Part shown: positions 1 to 28,732 of the stretch, in pieces
Numbering within the stretch: position 1 is the stretch's first letter
How the letters are laid out: each line of letters starts with the position of its first letter
Assembly: GCA_043381765.1 (NCBI GenBank)
Contig: JBHJMP010000875.1
Location: 1-36,848, forward strand
Source: Collodictyon triciliatum
Lineage: Eukaryota
Reading direction: 5' to 3'
DNA length: 36,848 bases
Notes under the pieces: model-generated
The model's input: only the letters and a program-made list of their open reading frames with translations
Database searches by the model: none
Told to the model about the DNA's origin: nothing
Translations under genes and position numbers: made by a program

Positions 1-59
1 ACAAATGGGGCGGTGGGCTTTTTCCTTTTCCTTTTTCCTTTTTCTTTTTCCTTTTTCCT

Positions 60-144
<85 letters not shown>

Positions 145-171
145 CTTTTTTTTCTTTTTTTTCTTTTTTTT
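1..171 (+). repeat. Duplicate of the aminopeptidase exon1/intron1 junction followed by a poly-T/(CTTTT)n tract
   Basis: Bases 1-35 (acaaatggggcggtgggctttttccttttcctttt) repeat 550-584, then run into a T-rich tract like the one at 568-810. Confidence 0.85.
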
Positions 172-407
172 CGACGTAAACAAGGCCGCAAAAGGGAAGG
201 CCAAGCTTTGAGCGACATAAACCACGCACACCAATACTGGAAAACAAAAGTGGAGAATAGTTTCTGGCTTTGCTTCGTGTCTGTTCTGATAGTCAAGTGC
301 TGTCCCGCATCGATGTGTCTTCTCCAGACAAAACAAACTGCGCGGTTCAAACCTGTGTCTGCTGCGATCTCTGCTCACCTGCGCGTTGTGCGTCCTTTTC
401 TGAACAG

Positions 408-4379
<3,972 letters not shown>

Positions 4380-4512
4380 AAGACTCAAATGATGAAATAA
4401 ATCGCAGCAATTAAGTATGCTAGCACATTCGGAGAAAAAAACTGAAGAAACCTTTTATTATGAGTGGCTTCTCATATGTTGAAAGTGGAGAATATTTTTC
4501 GTCGCAAGTTTG

Positions 4513-6230
4513 TCTTTTTTCCTATTTTCTGTCCTTCCAACAAATTATGAAGGCATCAGCAAAAGCCGAGGAAACCGCCTTCGCCTCTAAGACAAAAATG
4601 AGCTGTGGACAAGACAGTGGAAACCCCGGATTGTGCGGTTGGAGTTTTTGTGTTTTGGGTGGAAAGAAAAAGAAAAATGAAATAGAAAGGAGAGAAAGTG
4701 TTCTCACACGCAGACTATTCTACCCGAGGTGAATCAGCTCCAACGCGATTTCTGGTTGTATTCGAGACTTGTAAAAGAGCGGATAAAGTTATCGGGTCGA
4801 TGAAAGTACGCACATGACAGTTTCTTATCGAATCGATTACGACGAGTCCTTTCAACCATCTATCTCAAACAAGGTTTACATCCTATTTCATTCCACTGGA
4901 TGAGTCTTTTGAGGGGAAAACGGGTCACTTTCCTTGCGTTTCTTGCTGGGCGACTCAGACGGAAAGCGATACATCGTTGTTTGTCTGGTATAAACGGAAG
5001 TGGCGCTTGACCGTCCCCTGGCATCGGAACCATGCGTAGCCGGCAGTGGACTTTGCTTAACCGGAGTATGGATAAGCGTTTGTGGTTTTAGAAACATACG
5101 CTCCTGCTTGCTCGAACTGTCTTTGGTGTGTGAAGTTACAAGCTTGGATTCGACTTGTGCTGTTTGTTCTTGCTCCTTGGTTCTCGGTGCGACGGGCTGG
5201 GGCAGGATAAACGGACTATCTTTGGTGGGCGCTGGTTCTTGTGTTGCCTTCGCTTGGAGTATCCTTTCGGATAAGTAACGAAGACTGCCTTGATGCCTCC
5301 TATGTTAACCATATTCACGTCAGTCTGAATGGATAGTTCAAGGGGGGATTCCTTTCGGGGTTTGGAGATGCGCTGCTCTTGGGTCTTGCGATGTGCGGGC
5401 TTGTCCGGTGTTGGCGGTGGAGGGCTCAAGTGTGATGATTCTGAAGAGGAACCGAGATTTCCTTCCATGTCGTCGTCGCTGTCGCTGTATGCGTGTATCT
5501 GCTGTGAGTCTTGCGGGCTCTGCTGTTTGCCTGGCCTTGGCTTCCTTGACCACGTTGCTGCTTGTCTGCTTAGCAGTTGTATTCTTTTGCGGGGCCTTTA
5601 CCTGTCGTTCGTTGTTCGCGGCTGGCGGACGCTCTTTGAGAATGCACTTTGGACACTTTTTGCCCATGACCGTAAACTTTGCAGGGAGCTGGTTCTTATG
5701 GCAAAGAAGCTTCACCATGGCCGTGTCTGTGAAGAAGCCTTTGTCCTTTTTGATGTCCTGAGGGGGTCGGTCTGAACGGCTTCAGCTCCTCACGAAGGAG
5801 TTGCGGCCACACGTCCAGCGGTAGTTGGTAGAGCATCACCGAGGTCTCTGTAGGTTTACTTCTGCTGAAGCTGATCGTAATATCGATCAAACTTACCTGC
5901 TTCGGCTCCAGAAGCTTTCGCGCGTTTTCTGCAGTGCACAAGGCAATCAGGCAAAGGCCTTCGCTGTCCGGGTAAGCGCAGTTGGATGGACTCTTCCCAA
6001 AGTTTGTTCGCTTTCAAGAAGGAGGCGGACGCATCTGTAAGTCTGCGGGCCTTGTTCTTGTTGTAAACGACTTGCTCGACCCCGTGCAAAAATACTGTCC
6101 GCTCAGACAGACTTGCAGGCGGCTTCTATGCGCGGGTCTTCCTATACTTACACTAAACTTGGGGGTTTTCCGCACCAGCGTTGGAACCAGAAGAACTGGC
6201 TGCAACTTGCGAAGCCTTCGACGGGTTGCG
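4513..6230 (-). mobile_element. Family A element, copy 1: decayed ~1.7-kb non-LTR-type element with a frameshifted ORF1-like frame and no visible RT
   Basis: Co-linear in reverse complement with 28733-30428 (e.g. 38-bp exact match 5295-5332 vs 29621-29658). Fragmented frame FLKANKLWEESIQLRL...AENARKLLE...VMLYQLPLDVWPQLLREELKPF...DKGFFTDTAMVKLLCHKNQLPAKFTVMGKKC ending HPVE* at 4888. Its 3' end is shared with short copies. Boundaries are approximate. Confidence 0.8.
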
Positions 6231-6629
6231 GCTCGTACTTTCCATCTGTCGTGTAAGACAGATTGACACTCGCATCCGCCATTCGTAACCTAATGAACAG
6301 ACTCGCAGCGCAAAAACTCTTCAAAGATGTATTCACCAGGCCTGTCTTAGATGAGTGCATCACACTTAGACATCGATATTTTACCATAATATTAGTTTTA
6401 GATACATGTCAGTATCGCTATTTTTCTCTTGCTCACAATTCTTTCAATAAAATTCACAATATGTTTGTTGAAGAATAGAACAAGGCAACCGCATCTATCT
6501 TAAGCATATTTTTTTATGATTCTTTATTGACGTATTTTCTATTCGTGTCTCAACAGTAAAAATTTCTTGAACCATTATATTTTAGTTTTTTTTTAAAATA
6601 AAAGATAATCCAACTTGAGAATCGGAGAG

Positions 6630-9600
6630 TTACTCTGTATGATTTGTGATTATATTGGCGAACTTTTCCTTGTAAGCTTCTATTGTGCTTCTGAGCTGTG
6701 ATATCCTATTTCTGATTGGCCCAAAATTGATTTTAGAAAAGCAGCTAAATAGAGGCTTCAGTAAGGCCCATACAAAAGGAACGATGAAAATGGTGATGAA
6801 AGTGGAATTTAATCCAATAATCGCATAGGATATCCAATCATTTCCTGGGAGAAGTTTTTGAACGAGAGCTGCAAAGAAAGAGATGTACAGCAGAAACCAG
6901 CAATTAGTGGAGAAAGAATCATCTGAATGTAGCATGTATGGCTGGTACCGATTCTGCATCGATAAGGAGAGCTGTACAAAATAAAATTATTAATAAGATA
7001 AACTTCCTAAATAAACGGAACGTCAATTCATGTCCTTAAAAAAAGAAGAATAAGAGGACGCAAACCTGTATCAAAATGAAGAAAATAAAGTAGAGAATAG
7101 CTGTGTATGTGTAAGGGACTACAAAAGCTGTCAAGCTGAATAGAACGGACTGTATAACCCGAACCATAATCCACCAGTCGCGTTTCTTTTTAAAATAATG
7201 CAAATGAGTTTTTTTGAACATTTTTCATTTTTGTGATTGGTATATCATCATTACCTCCTCATAAATACCAGCGAGTCGATTCATCAGAATCTGGCATACA
7301 ACTTCAAATGGATTTACAGGCGAATCCACACGATTGTCCGACGATGTCTGATGGGATTGAGGTCTTTGTCTCTCTGAATTACTTCGCCCCGGTTCACTTT
7401 CAGCCGCTTCAGACGAATTTCCCCTAGTTGCCTGAATCTCCCCATTAGCACCGAGATTATTCAGCCTTTCCATTGGGATATCGTTATCTGACCTCTTTTG
7501 TAACAACATCACATTCATTAATAATGAAAAAAAAAGCTTCTTTTTGAAATTTAATTTTTGAAAACCATGTTCTGGAAGGACATTAATAAAGATATGTACT
7601 CACATGGATACCATTTTCTTTTGCTTTCAATTTCCTGGTTCTTATGACAATGTACCACAGAAAGCTGGGATATAAAAATACGTAAACCAGGCCAGGAATA
7701 GCGGAGAGAAGCATCTTTAGGTAATTATCTGTCAATGGGCTGCACTGAATCCAAGGATACAAATTTACGAACCATTTCTTCACCCCTTCATCATAGAGAG
7801 TGCAACCGAAAGTACCAATAACATCTCGTACAACAGAGAAATATGTAGCTTCCAAGAATGTAAATGTAATCGCAACAACCTATAATTAAACAATTTTAAA
7901 AAAAAAAATACAATGCAAGGAAATACAATTGGTTATGTTATAAAAACTATCCGATGTTCATCCTACCTTTCCGATGTTTTTTGTATCCTTCTTTGCAAGT
8001 GTTCTCTTAAATATAAGGAAAGCAACGAAAGCAATAGAAGGGATTCGAGCGAGATTAAGAATCGATATAATATGTGGTTTGTTGCCGACGATGCACTCAA
8101 TGGTAGGTAACTTTAGTGAAAACAAGTTGCTTACAAATCTCCCAGTGGATGTAATAAAGGGCATGGAGACAACATTCCCCAATACTTGTAGGATTTGAGT
8201 GTAAAACAGAAATATATCCAGGGAGGCTACGATTACATATTATTTTAGAGACAGGAATCTAGTAGAAACTGAATGGATGAATAAAAAGAAATATGAATTA
8301 ATAGTGAAATGAAATACGATTACCTGAATCATGCTCGTCCTCACCTCCCCCATCGTCTCCGTCATCATCTGTACTTTCTTCAATCCATGCCATACCAATC
8401 TGATACAGTCCACCAATTATCAAAAGTGCAATAAAAGCAATTAATTTGATGATTGAGTAATCAGAGGAGCATTTGTTGCATTCTCCACTCTCGAATAAGT
8501 ATCCATCCTCACAAGAAGAACACCCTTTCCCCTTGTATCCTTTTTCACACGGAAAATCATAAGTATTATTGCTAATGAGCATCCTTTCAGGCATGGATTC
8601 TGGAATGTAAAATTTGCACACGTCTGGGTTCATACACGGAATTATCTGGACTATATTTAGAATGTCAGGAGTAAAATAGCACTTTTCCAAAGTAACCCCA
8701 TTATTGCAATCACATTCTCTGGGGCACTTCATGCAGTGATTTCCAAATCCAAAGTAACCAGGCAAGCATTTGCACATTCCATAGTCGTGATAATTTGAGT
8801 CAATTTCCACTTCCGTCTCAACCAACCCTGTACGAGAGGCAATCGACGGACATGAGTATCTGTCTGTCGTCTTTTCCAAATTGTAAGATTCTGTGACGTT
8901 AATAAAGAAGGGAAGAAAATATGAAGAACCATGATTCATACTCGTATTTTTCAAGCCTAAATACTCGATATTGGTGAATAAATCAAAAGACTCGGGAATG
9001 CTCCCAACGATTGGATTTCCAGTAAGATCGAAGGAAGACCATTTCAGTAGATTAGTAAGCCTATCAAGCTTCGTGATATTGTTGTTTTTAAGCCTCATTA
9101 CCCTTGCATTACGAACGTAATTAAATATCCTTCCATCGAACTTTCCATATAGTTGGTTGTCATCAAGCAGAAGGGTCTCGTAAAAGTAATCATAATTTCC
9201 TGTTATTGGTACAATAAAAGCACCAACATACCCTGAAAATGAATTACTTCTCAAATCTATAGAGATGAGGTTAGGAATATTCCAAAACAAGGCTGGCATA
9301 GTTCCGGAGAACTGGTTGTGGGATATGGACAACGACTTCAATTCTTTAAGATTCTGAAAATAAGTAGGTATTGTGCCGTTCATTTTATTATACGACAATT
9401 CGATGTACTTAATTGATGGTATATTCCAGTTTTTTGATATCGAGCCACTAATTTGGTTTTCGCTGACATCGAGTATCTCTAATAATGGCAAATTTAATGA
9501 AGGAAGATAGCTCTCCAGATTATTTTTGGAAACCAAAACCTCTTTTAATTTCAAGCACTTGTGAAAGGCAGGGACTTGGCCTAATATGTCGTTATTTTTA

Positions 9601-12065
9601 GTAACATATCGCAAGCTCAATTTTTCTTTTAATTAAGTTATTAATATCTCTTCAAAAAAAATTCGCTTACCGTTGAATTCATTATCAACAAGATTTAAAA
9701 TCCTGATATTGGTAATATTGCTGAAATTTGGTATCGTTCCTGAAAAAAATTCGCAATTTAGCAGAAATTTTTGTTGGAAAAAGTAAAAGAAAAAAATACA
9801 AACCAGTCAATTTATTAGACGATAACATAATTAATTGGATATTTGGAATTCCATTGAAGTTTGGGACCATTCCTGTAAGATAGAGTTAACCATCCATTCA
9901 TTCAATTTAATGCTATTAAAGACATAAATATTACCAATCAGATGATTGATGTCAAGATAAATTCGTTCGACATTCGGAATCCAACTGAAGTTTGGAACTG
10001 TCCCTGTGATGCAAGTTTAGTAGTTCATCAATCTACAAAATAATCTTAAAACATACCAGCCAGTTGGTTATTGCCCAGAGAAATTGTTCTAATATTGGGA
10101 ATTTCGCTGAAGTTTGGAATCGTCCCTGTGATATTATGTTATTTTTTCTTTCGCTTATACATTCAATCATCTTAAAATATACCATTCAATTGATTATTGC
10201 CAATAGCTATTATTCTGATATTGGGAATCTCGCTGAAGTTTGGAATCGTCCCTGTGATATTATGTTAGTTTTTTCGCTTATTCATGAATTTATAATATAT
10301 TACCTCTCAGTTGGTTCATGAAAAGAAATATGGTTTCAACAAATGGGATACCACTAAAGTTCGGAACAGTTCCTGTGATAAGATGTTAGTATTTTATCAA
10401 ACACATATGAAAAAAAATATGTAAGTATACCAGTCAGCTGATTATTATTAAGTTCTATGGATTTAATATTCGGAATGCCACTGAAGTTTGGAATCGTTCC
10501 TAAAATAAAAAAAAAACTTAATTATTCGTCAATGATGTATGAAGCTAAGTATAAATATTACCATTAAAACGATTATATCCAAGTCTGATTGTCTTTCCAT
10601 TTATAATTCCACTGAAATTTGGAATCGTCTCTGTGATATTTTGTTAGTTTTTTCCACTTATTCATGCATTAATATTATATTACCTCTCAACAGATTCAAA
10701 AAAAGCTCAATTCTTTCAACAATCGGGATACCACTGAAGTTTGGAATCGTTCCTGTGATGCCAAGTTAGTATTTATCAATTATCTATAAAATAATTATGT
10801 AACGTGCCTGTAAGCTGATTACTGTGAAGATAAATCTCTAAAACATTTGGAATACCACCGAAGTCTGGAACCGTTCCTGTGATAAAATTTTAGTGTTTGT
10901 TATATAATCAATAATAAAAATAAAGGCAGTAAAAAAAAACCATAAACTTTGCTTCCATAAACCGCAAGAATCTGAGCATTCGGTAGTCCAGAAAAATCAG
11001 GCAGAGCTCCTGGAAAAGAAAATATCTTAATTATATCAAAACATGAATGAATGTTAAAATAAATCAAAAACCTGTGAGTCTATCACTTATTCCAATCCGT
11101 AGTGTGGCTATCTTTGAGATTCCAAGAAAATCAGGAACTGTGCCATCCAACTCATTCTCATCAATCTCAAAGCGTTCAATATTAGGCATTCCTTGAAAGT
11201 CTGGAATTGTTCCAATAATTTGATTTACACGAAGGTTCAAATGTGAGATACTCGGAAGATTGAAGTCGGGAAGATTTCCGTAAATTTTATTGAAACTCAA
11301 GTCCAAGTAATTAAGTAATTGAAATCTCTCAATAATTGCATATGAAACTCCAATGTCTCCATTGAGGTTATTTTTTGGCAAATTGATTTTAACGATGGGG
11401 CATCTGCCGTTCTGTAAAAATAAAATAAAAAGTTAAAAATGTAGATAAATGTTTAATTTTTTGAGAAATCACCTTATAGTCTTCATCCAGACAACTCTGA
11501 TGGCACGATATCCCATACCAATCACAAATCGAAATACCGCCATCCTTCCATCCATTGGCCTGAAACCAATCTTTGCCGCCAAGTGTATTGTAGAATTGAA
11601 CAAGGAGTTCGTATTGAGACTCAGTATTGACATCCGCCATATTTCGGCTTCCTTCGTTCCACACAAACAATTTTTGGATATCTCTTCGTTTTGGTAAATG
11701 ACTTTCTTGATAAAAATCGGCCTCAACAGGATTTATTCGTCTATCATAATCCCATTCAGTATCATGCCCATATTTACTGGAGCATTCTCTGCTTTCGTGG
11801 AAATTAATCGGTGTTGAAGAGTTCTCGTCATTCTCTTTGAAAAAAAGACATGTTTCATCGTAGTAGTTCAACAGAATTTGAAATGCATCTTCGACTTTCA
11901 TTGAAACCAGCTCATCCCTCGAGTACTGACAACTATTTCCATTATTTTATGAGAAGGTTTAAAAACGTAATGGTTTTAAGATATCAAAACTTACCTTTGC
12001 TGGGGATAGATGGAAGATGCTGACGTAATTACGAAAGCAAAGGTGGCAAAGGAAAAGAGTAGCAT
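6630..12065 (-). CDS. Signal peptide - LRR ectodomain - Cys-rich (EGF/TNFR-like) stalk - multipass (~7 TM) receptor-like protein, 20 exons
   Basis: ATG at 12065, MLLFSFATFAFVITSASS signal peptide. Plant-type LRR N-cap (LVQFYNTLGGKDW...WKDGGISICDWYGISC) and LRRs of type LxxLxLxxNxLxGxIP. Cys-rich segments CKCLPGYFG..CMKCPRECDC and CEKGYKGKGCSSCEDGY. Hydrophobic helices with FGCTLYDEG..LYPWIQC, YEEKRDWW and YQPY motifs. All exons join in frame to TAA at 6632-6630; one donor is GC. Confidence 0.9.
9671..11009 (-). repeat. Tandem array of eleven 69-nt single-LRR exons (phase 1-1) separated by related 52-64-nt introns
   Basis: Exons at 11009-10941, 10876-10808, 10752-10684, 10630-10562, 10499-10431, 10372-10304, 10251-10183, 10125-10057, 10003-9935, 9872-9804, 9739-9671. 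Each encodes G(T/M/A)(I/V/L)P(N/D)FxxIPxxxxIxLxxNxLx. Several introns share an ACTAAC branch site and an ATCACAG acceptor. Confidence 0.95.
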
Positions 12066-12879
12066 TGAATTTCTGATGATTTATATTTAATTAGGGGTCT
12101 TTTCACAATTAGGATTTTCCGATGATATATCAATTGAGACAAACGCTGTGTTTGTCTTGAAAGGAATTCTTTTCCGATGAAGAACGTGGTTGCGTCGGAT
12201 TATGCTTTTACTTTCATATGGCCTATACACGTCTCGCCTAGTGCAATTTTGAAATGAATAAAAAAAACTTGATAAGCGCAAATTTCTTTGATGTTTTACT
12301 GACCAGGCCCAGTAGGATTCAGCAGATTTTATTCCAAGGAGACCCAATAGCCAATAATGGAGTATCCGCATTGAATCTTGATGATTAATAAATCAAATGA
12401 CTTTGTTAATACGGCTAGTTCCATGAAATAGAATCTTTAAAATAAAAAATCATGACATATCTGTTTTTAACTTGGACATGAAAAATTTGCAGTTATTTAC
12501 ATTGATGATTTTACTATTTAATTTCAGTCACTCTTAGTTTCAGTAATATATATATATATTAATTTGATTTTCTTGTAATTTGATTTTAATATTAAACAAT
12601 CAATTTACATCCAAAGCCAAAAACTCAACCATCTTGGAAAAATTGAAAGGGAGAACAAAAACAATATATTTTCATTTTTATTTATACATTATGTCATTAT
12701 TGAGTTATACGACTATTCTTTTGTTATTTATTTAGAGGTGAACAAAACAACAAATTATATCTGAAATAAATATACCAATATACTATGGTAAAATCAAGCT
12801 ACATGATTCAAATTTTATAATAATGAAAATTCTTCATCTTGTACTTTATATTAAAATATTATATTAATTTCATCACAAA

Positions 12880-13058
12880 TTCTCTCCTTTCTATTTTCTT
12901 TTTCTTTTTCTTTCCACCCAAAACACAAAATCTCCAACCACCCAATCCGGGGTTTTCCACTGTCTCGTCCACAGCTCATTTCTTGTCCTAGAGGCGAAGG
13001 CGGTTTCCTCAGCTTTGTTTTCTCTCAATAAACTGTTGAAAAGAAACCAAAAAAAAAA
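12880..13058 (+). mobile_element. Family A 5'-truncated 3'-end copy
   Basis: Matches ~30255-30428 and, inverted, ~4513-4695 (ggttttccactgtctcgtccacagctcatt...gaggcgaaggcggtttcc). Ends AATAAActgttgaaaagaaacc followed by an A run. Confidence 0.85.
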
Positions 13059-14013
13059 CACTCACAAGCAACTTTAAAATAAAGACACCAGTGTTGGCTA
13101 AAGTTTAAAAGTAACGGATTTCAGAATGAATTTTTTCACATAATACAAAAACCATGTTTAAAAATGAATGAATGTTATGATAAAATTAATTTCTATTGAA
13201 CCGTTTCTTTTTTGCAGATTTTCTAACGACATGTAATCTAAGAAATGTCATTACTGTCACCTTTTGCCGATTTTTTGTGACATTTTTTGACATTTTTTGA
13301 CATTTTTTGACGTGTGAGATGTAAATAATGTAACGGACAATCTTTTTTTTATTTACACACATATAAAGACGAGGCATATTTTGAAAGATGGGTTTATAAA
13401 ATTAACAAAGCAGAAACAATGCAAAGGAAACAATCCTTCAGTATTTTGAAACCAAAAAAACTTTTTTTAAGATAAAGGAAACAAGAAGATCCTGGCAAAA
13501 TAATAAACCGATAGGAAGATATAAAGACAGTAATTGATATCATGAAAGGAATCGATTCAACTTCTTTCATATTGAATAAAACGATTTTTTGATTTCTTCC
13601 CTCTTTTTACACAAAGGAACAAATAACTCGAATTATAACAACACGATAAACACATTTTCCTAACCTTGTTGTGTTTTGATCAGTGATCCACACTTTAATT
13701 GATTTAATACAAAAGAGAAAAAAAAACTTAATATCGTCATATTTTTATCCTTGTTTTTTAAACACGTAGCATCCAATATTTTGTACCAGAGAAAAGGACA
13801 TCTTTGTATATTTTTACCTTCCTTTCTTCTCCTAAATAAAAATCCAACCACGCAATCCAGAAGTTTCTGTCTCTTTCATAGTTCATTTATACCATAGAAA
13901 CGAAGGCATTTTTTCTGATCATTTCCTTTGAAAAACACTAGGATAAATTAGTAGCATAAAATAATAGAATAAAATCGAAAAAATACTTATAATTTTTCTC
14001 TTCAAGAACGGAA

Positions 14014-28123
<14,110 letters not shown>

Positions 28124-28486
28124 TCTTCACCATGAAGTTCAAGTGAATCTTTATGGAAAAATAAAATAAAAATACTAACCCAAAACAAAGATATGTTTCT
28201 TCTGGATCTATGTTTTATTTTATATCTATCAGTTGAAAAAAGTATTCAAATGGTATATATTTGGTGCTCTCTTGTTCAACAAAAAAAAACACAATTTATT
28301 AATAAAACGCTCTCTGGGATTAACTATGGTGCCGCTCGACTCAGCACGCACAAAATCCTATATTACACACAAAACCAAATGACCCTAACTCTATAATGAA
28401 TGGGCATCTAAATTCTTTTGATATAAACCTTCACTACCAACAATATCACGCCCATGACTGATTTTCAATCAAGATTTCCCCGCTTG

Positions 28487-28673
28487 CTACCCACGCAACC
28501 AATCAACCAGTTGGGACGCCCACCTGACCAGCTCGCTATCACTGATTTCTTTCCAGTGCTACCCTCTCCACGGTAGTGTCTTCCCCTACTCGCGTTTGCT
28601 CTCTCCCATGCGCTCCATCCCGTCCCTTTGTATGGCATAACCTCGCTACAATTTGAATCGAATAAAGGAAAAA
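28487..28673 (+). mobile_element. Family B 187-bp A-tailed retro-insertion (SINE-like or 5'-truncated LINE) with a perfect 16-bp TSD
   Basis: aagatttccccgcttg at 28471-28486 and 28674-28689. The insert is C-rich and ends tttgaatcgAATAAAggaaaaa. Confidence 0.85.
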
Positions 28674-28732
28674 AAGATTTCCCCGCTTGATGAAAAAAAC
28701 AAGAGCTGAGACGGGGATATCAGCAAAAGCCG

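Noticed and set aside
5000-6266. Plus-strand ORFs over family A copy 1, and minus-strand ORFs at 28646-30353
   Set aside because: They are antisense shadows of the decayed element frame; polarity is set by the A-tailed 3' end.
9671-11009. CRISPR-like array (conserved ~30-bp motif recurring every ~125 bp)
   Set aside because: The repeats are in-frame LRR exons with splice signals in a eukaryotic gene; no cas genes, and the units vary by codon.
12947-13013. Hammerhead ribozyme in the family A 3' end (minus-strand CTGAGGA...GAAA)
   Set aside because: The CUGANGA core is not conserved in the other copies (ccgagga at ~4566, gcgggga at ~31537), and no three-stem fold was found.
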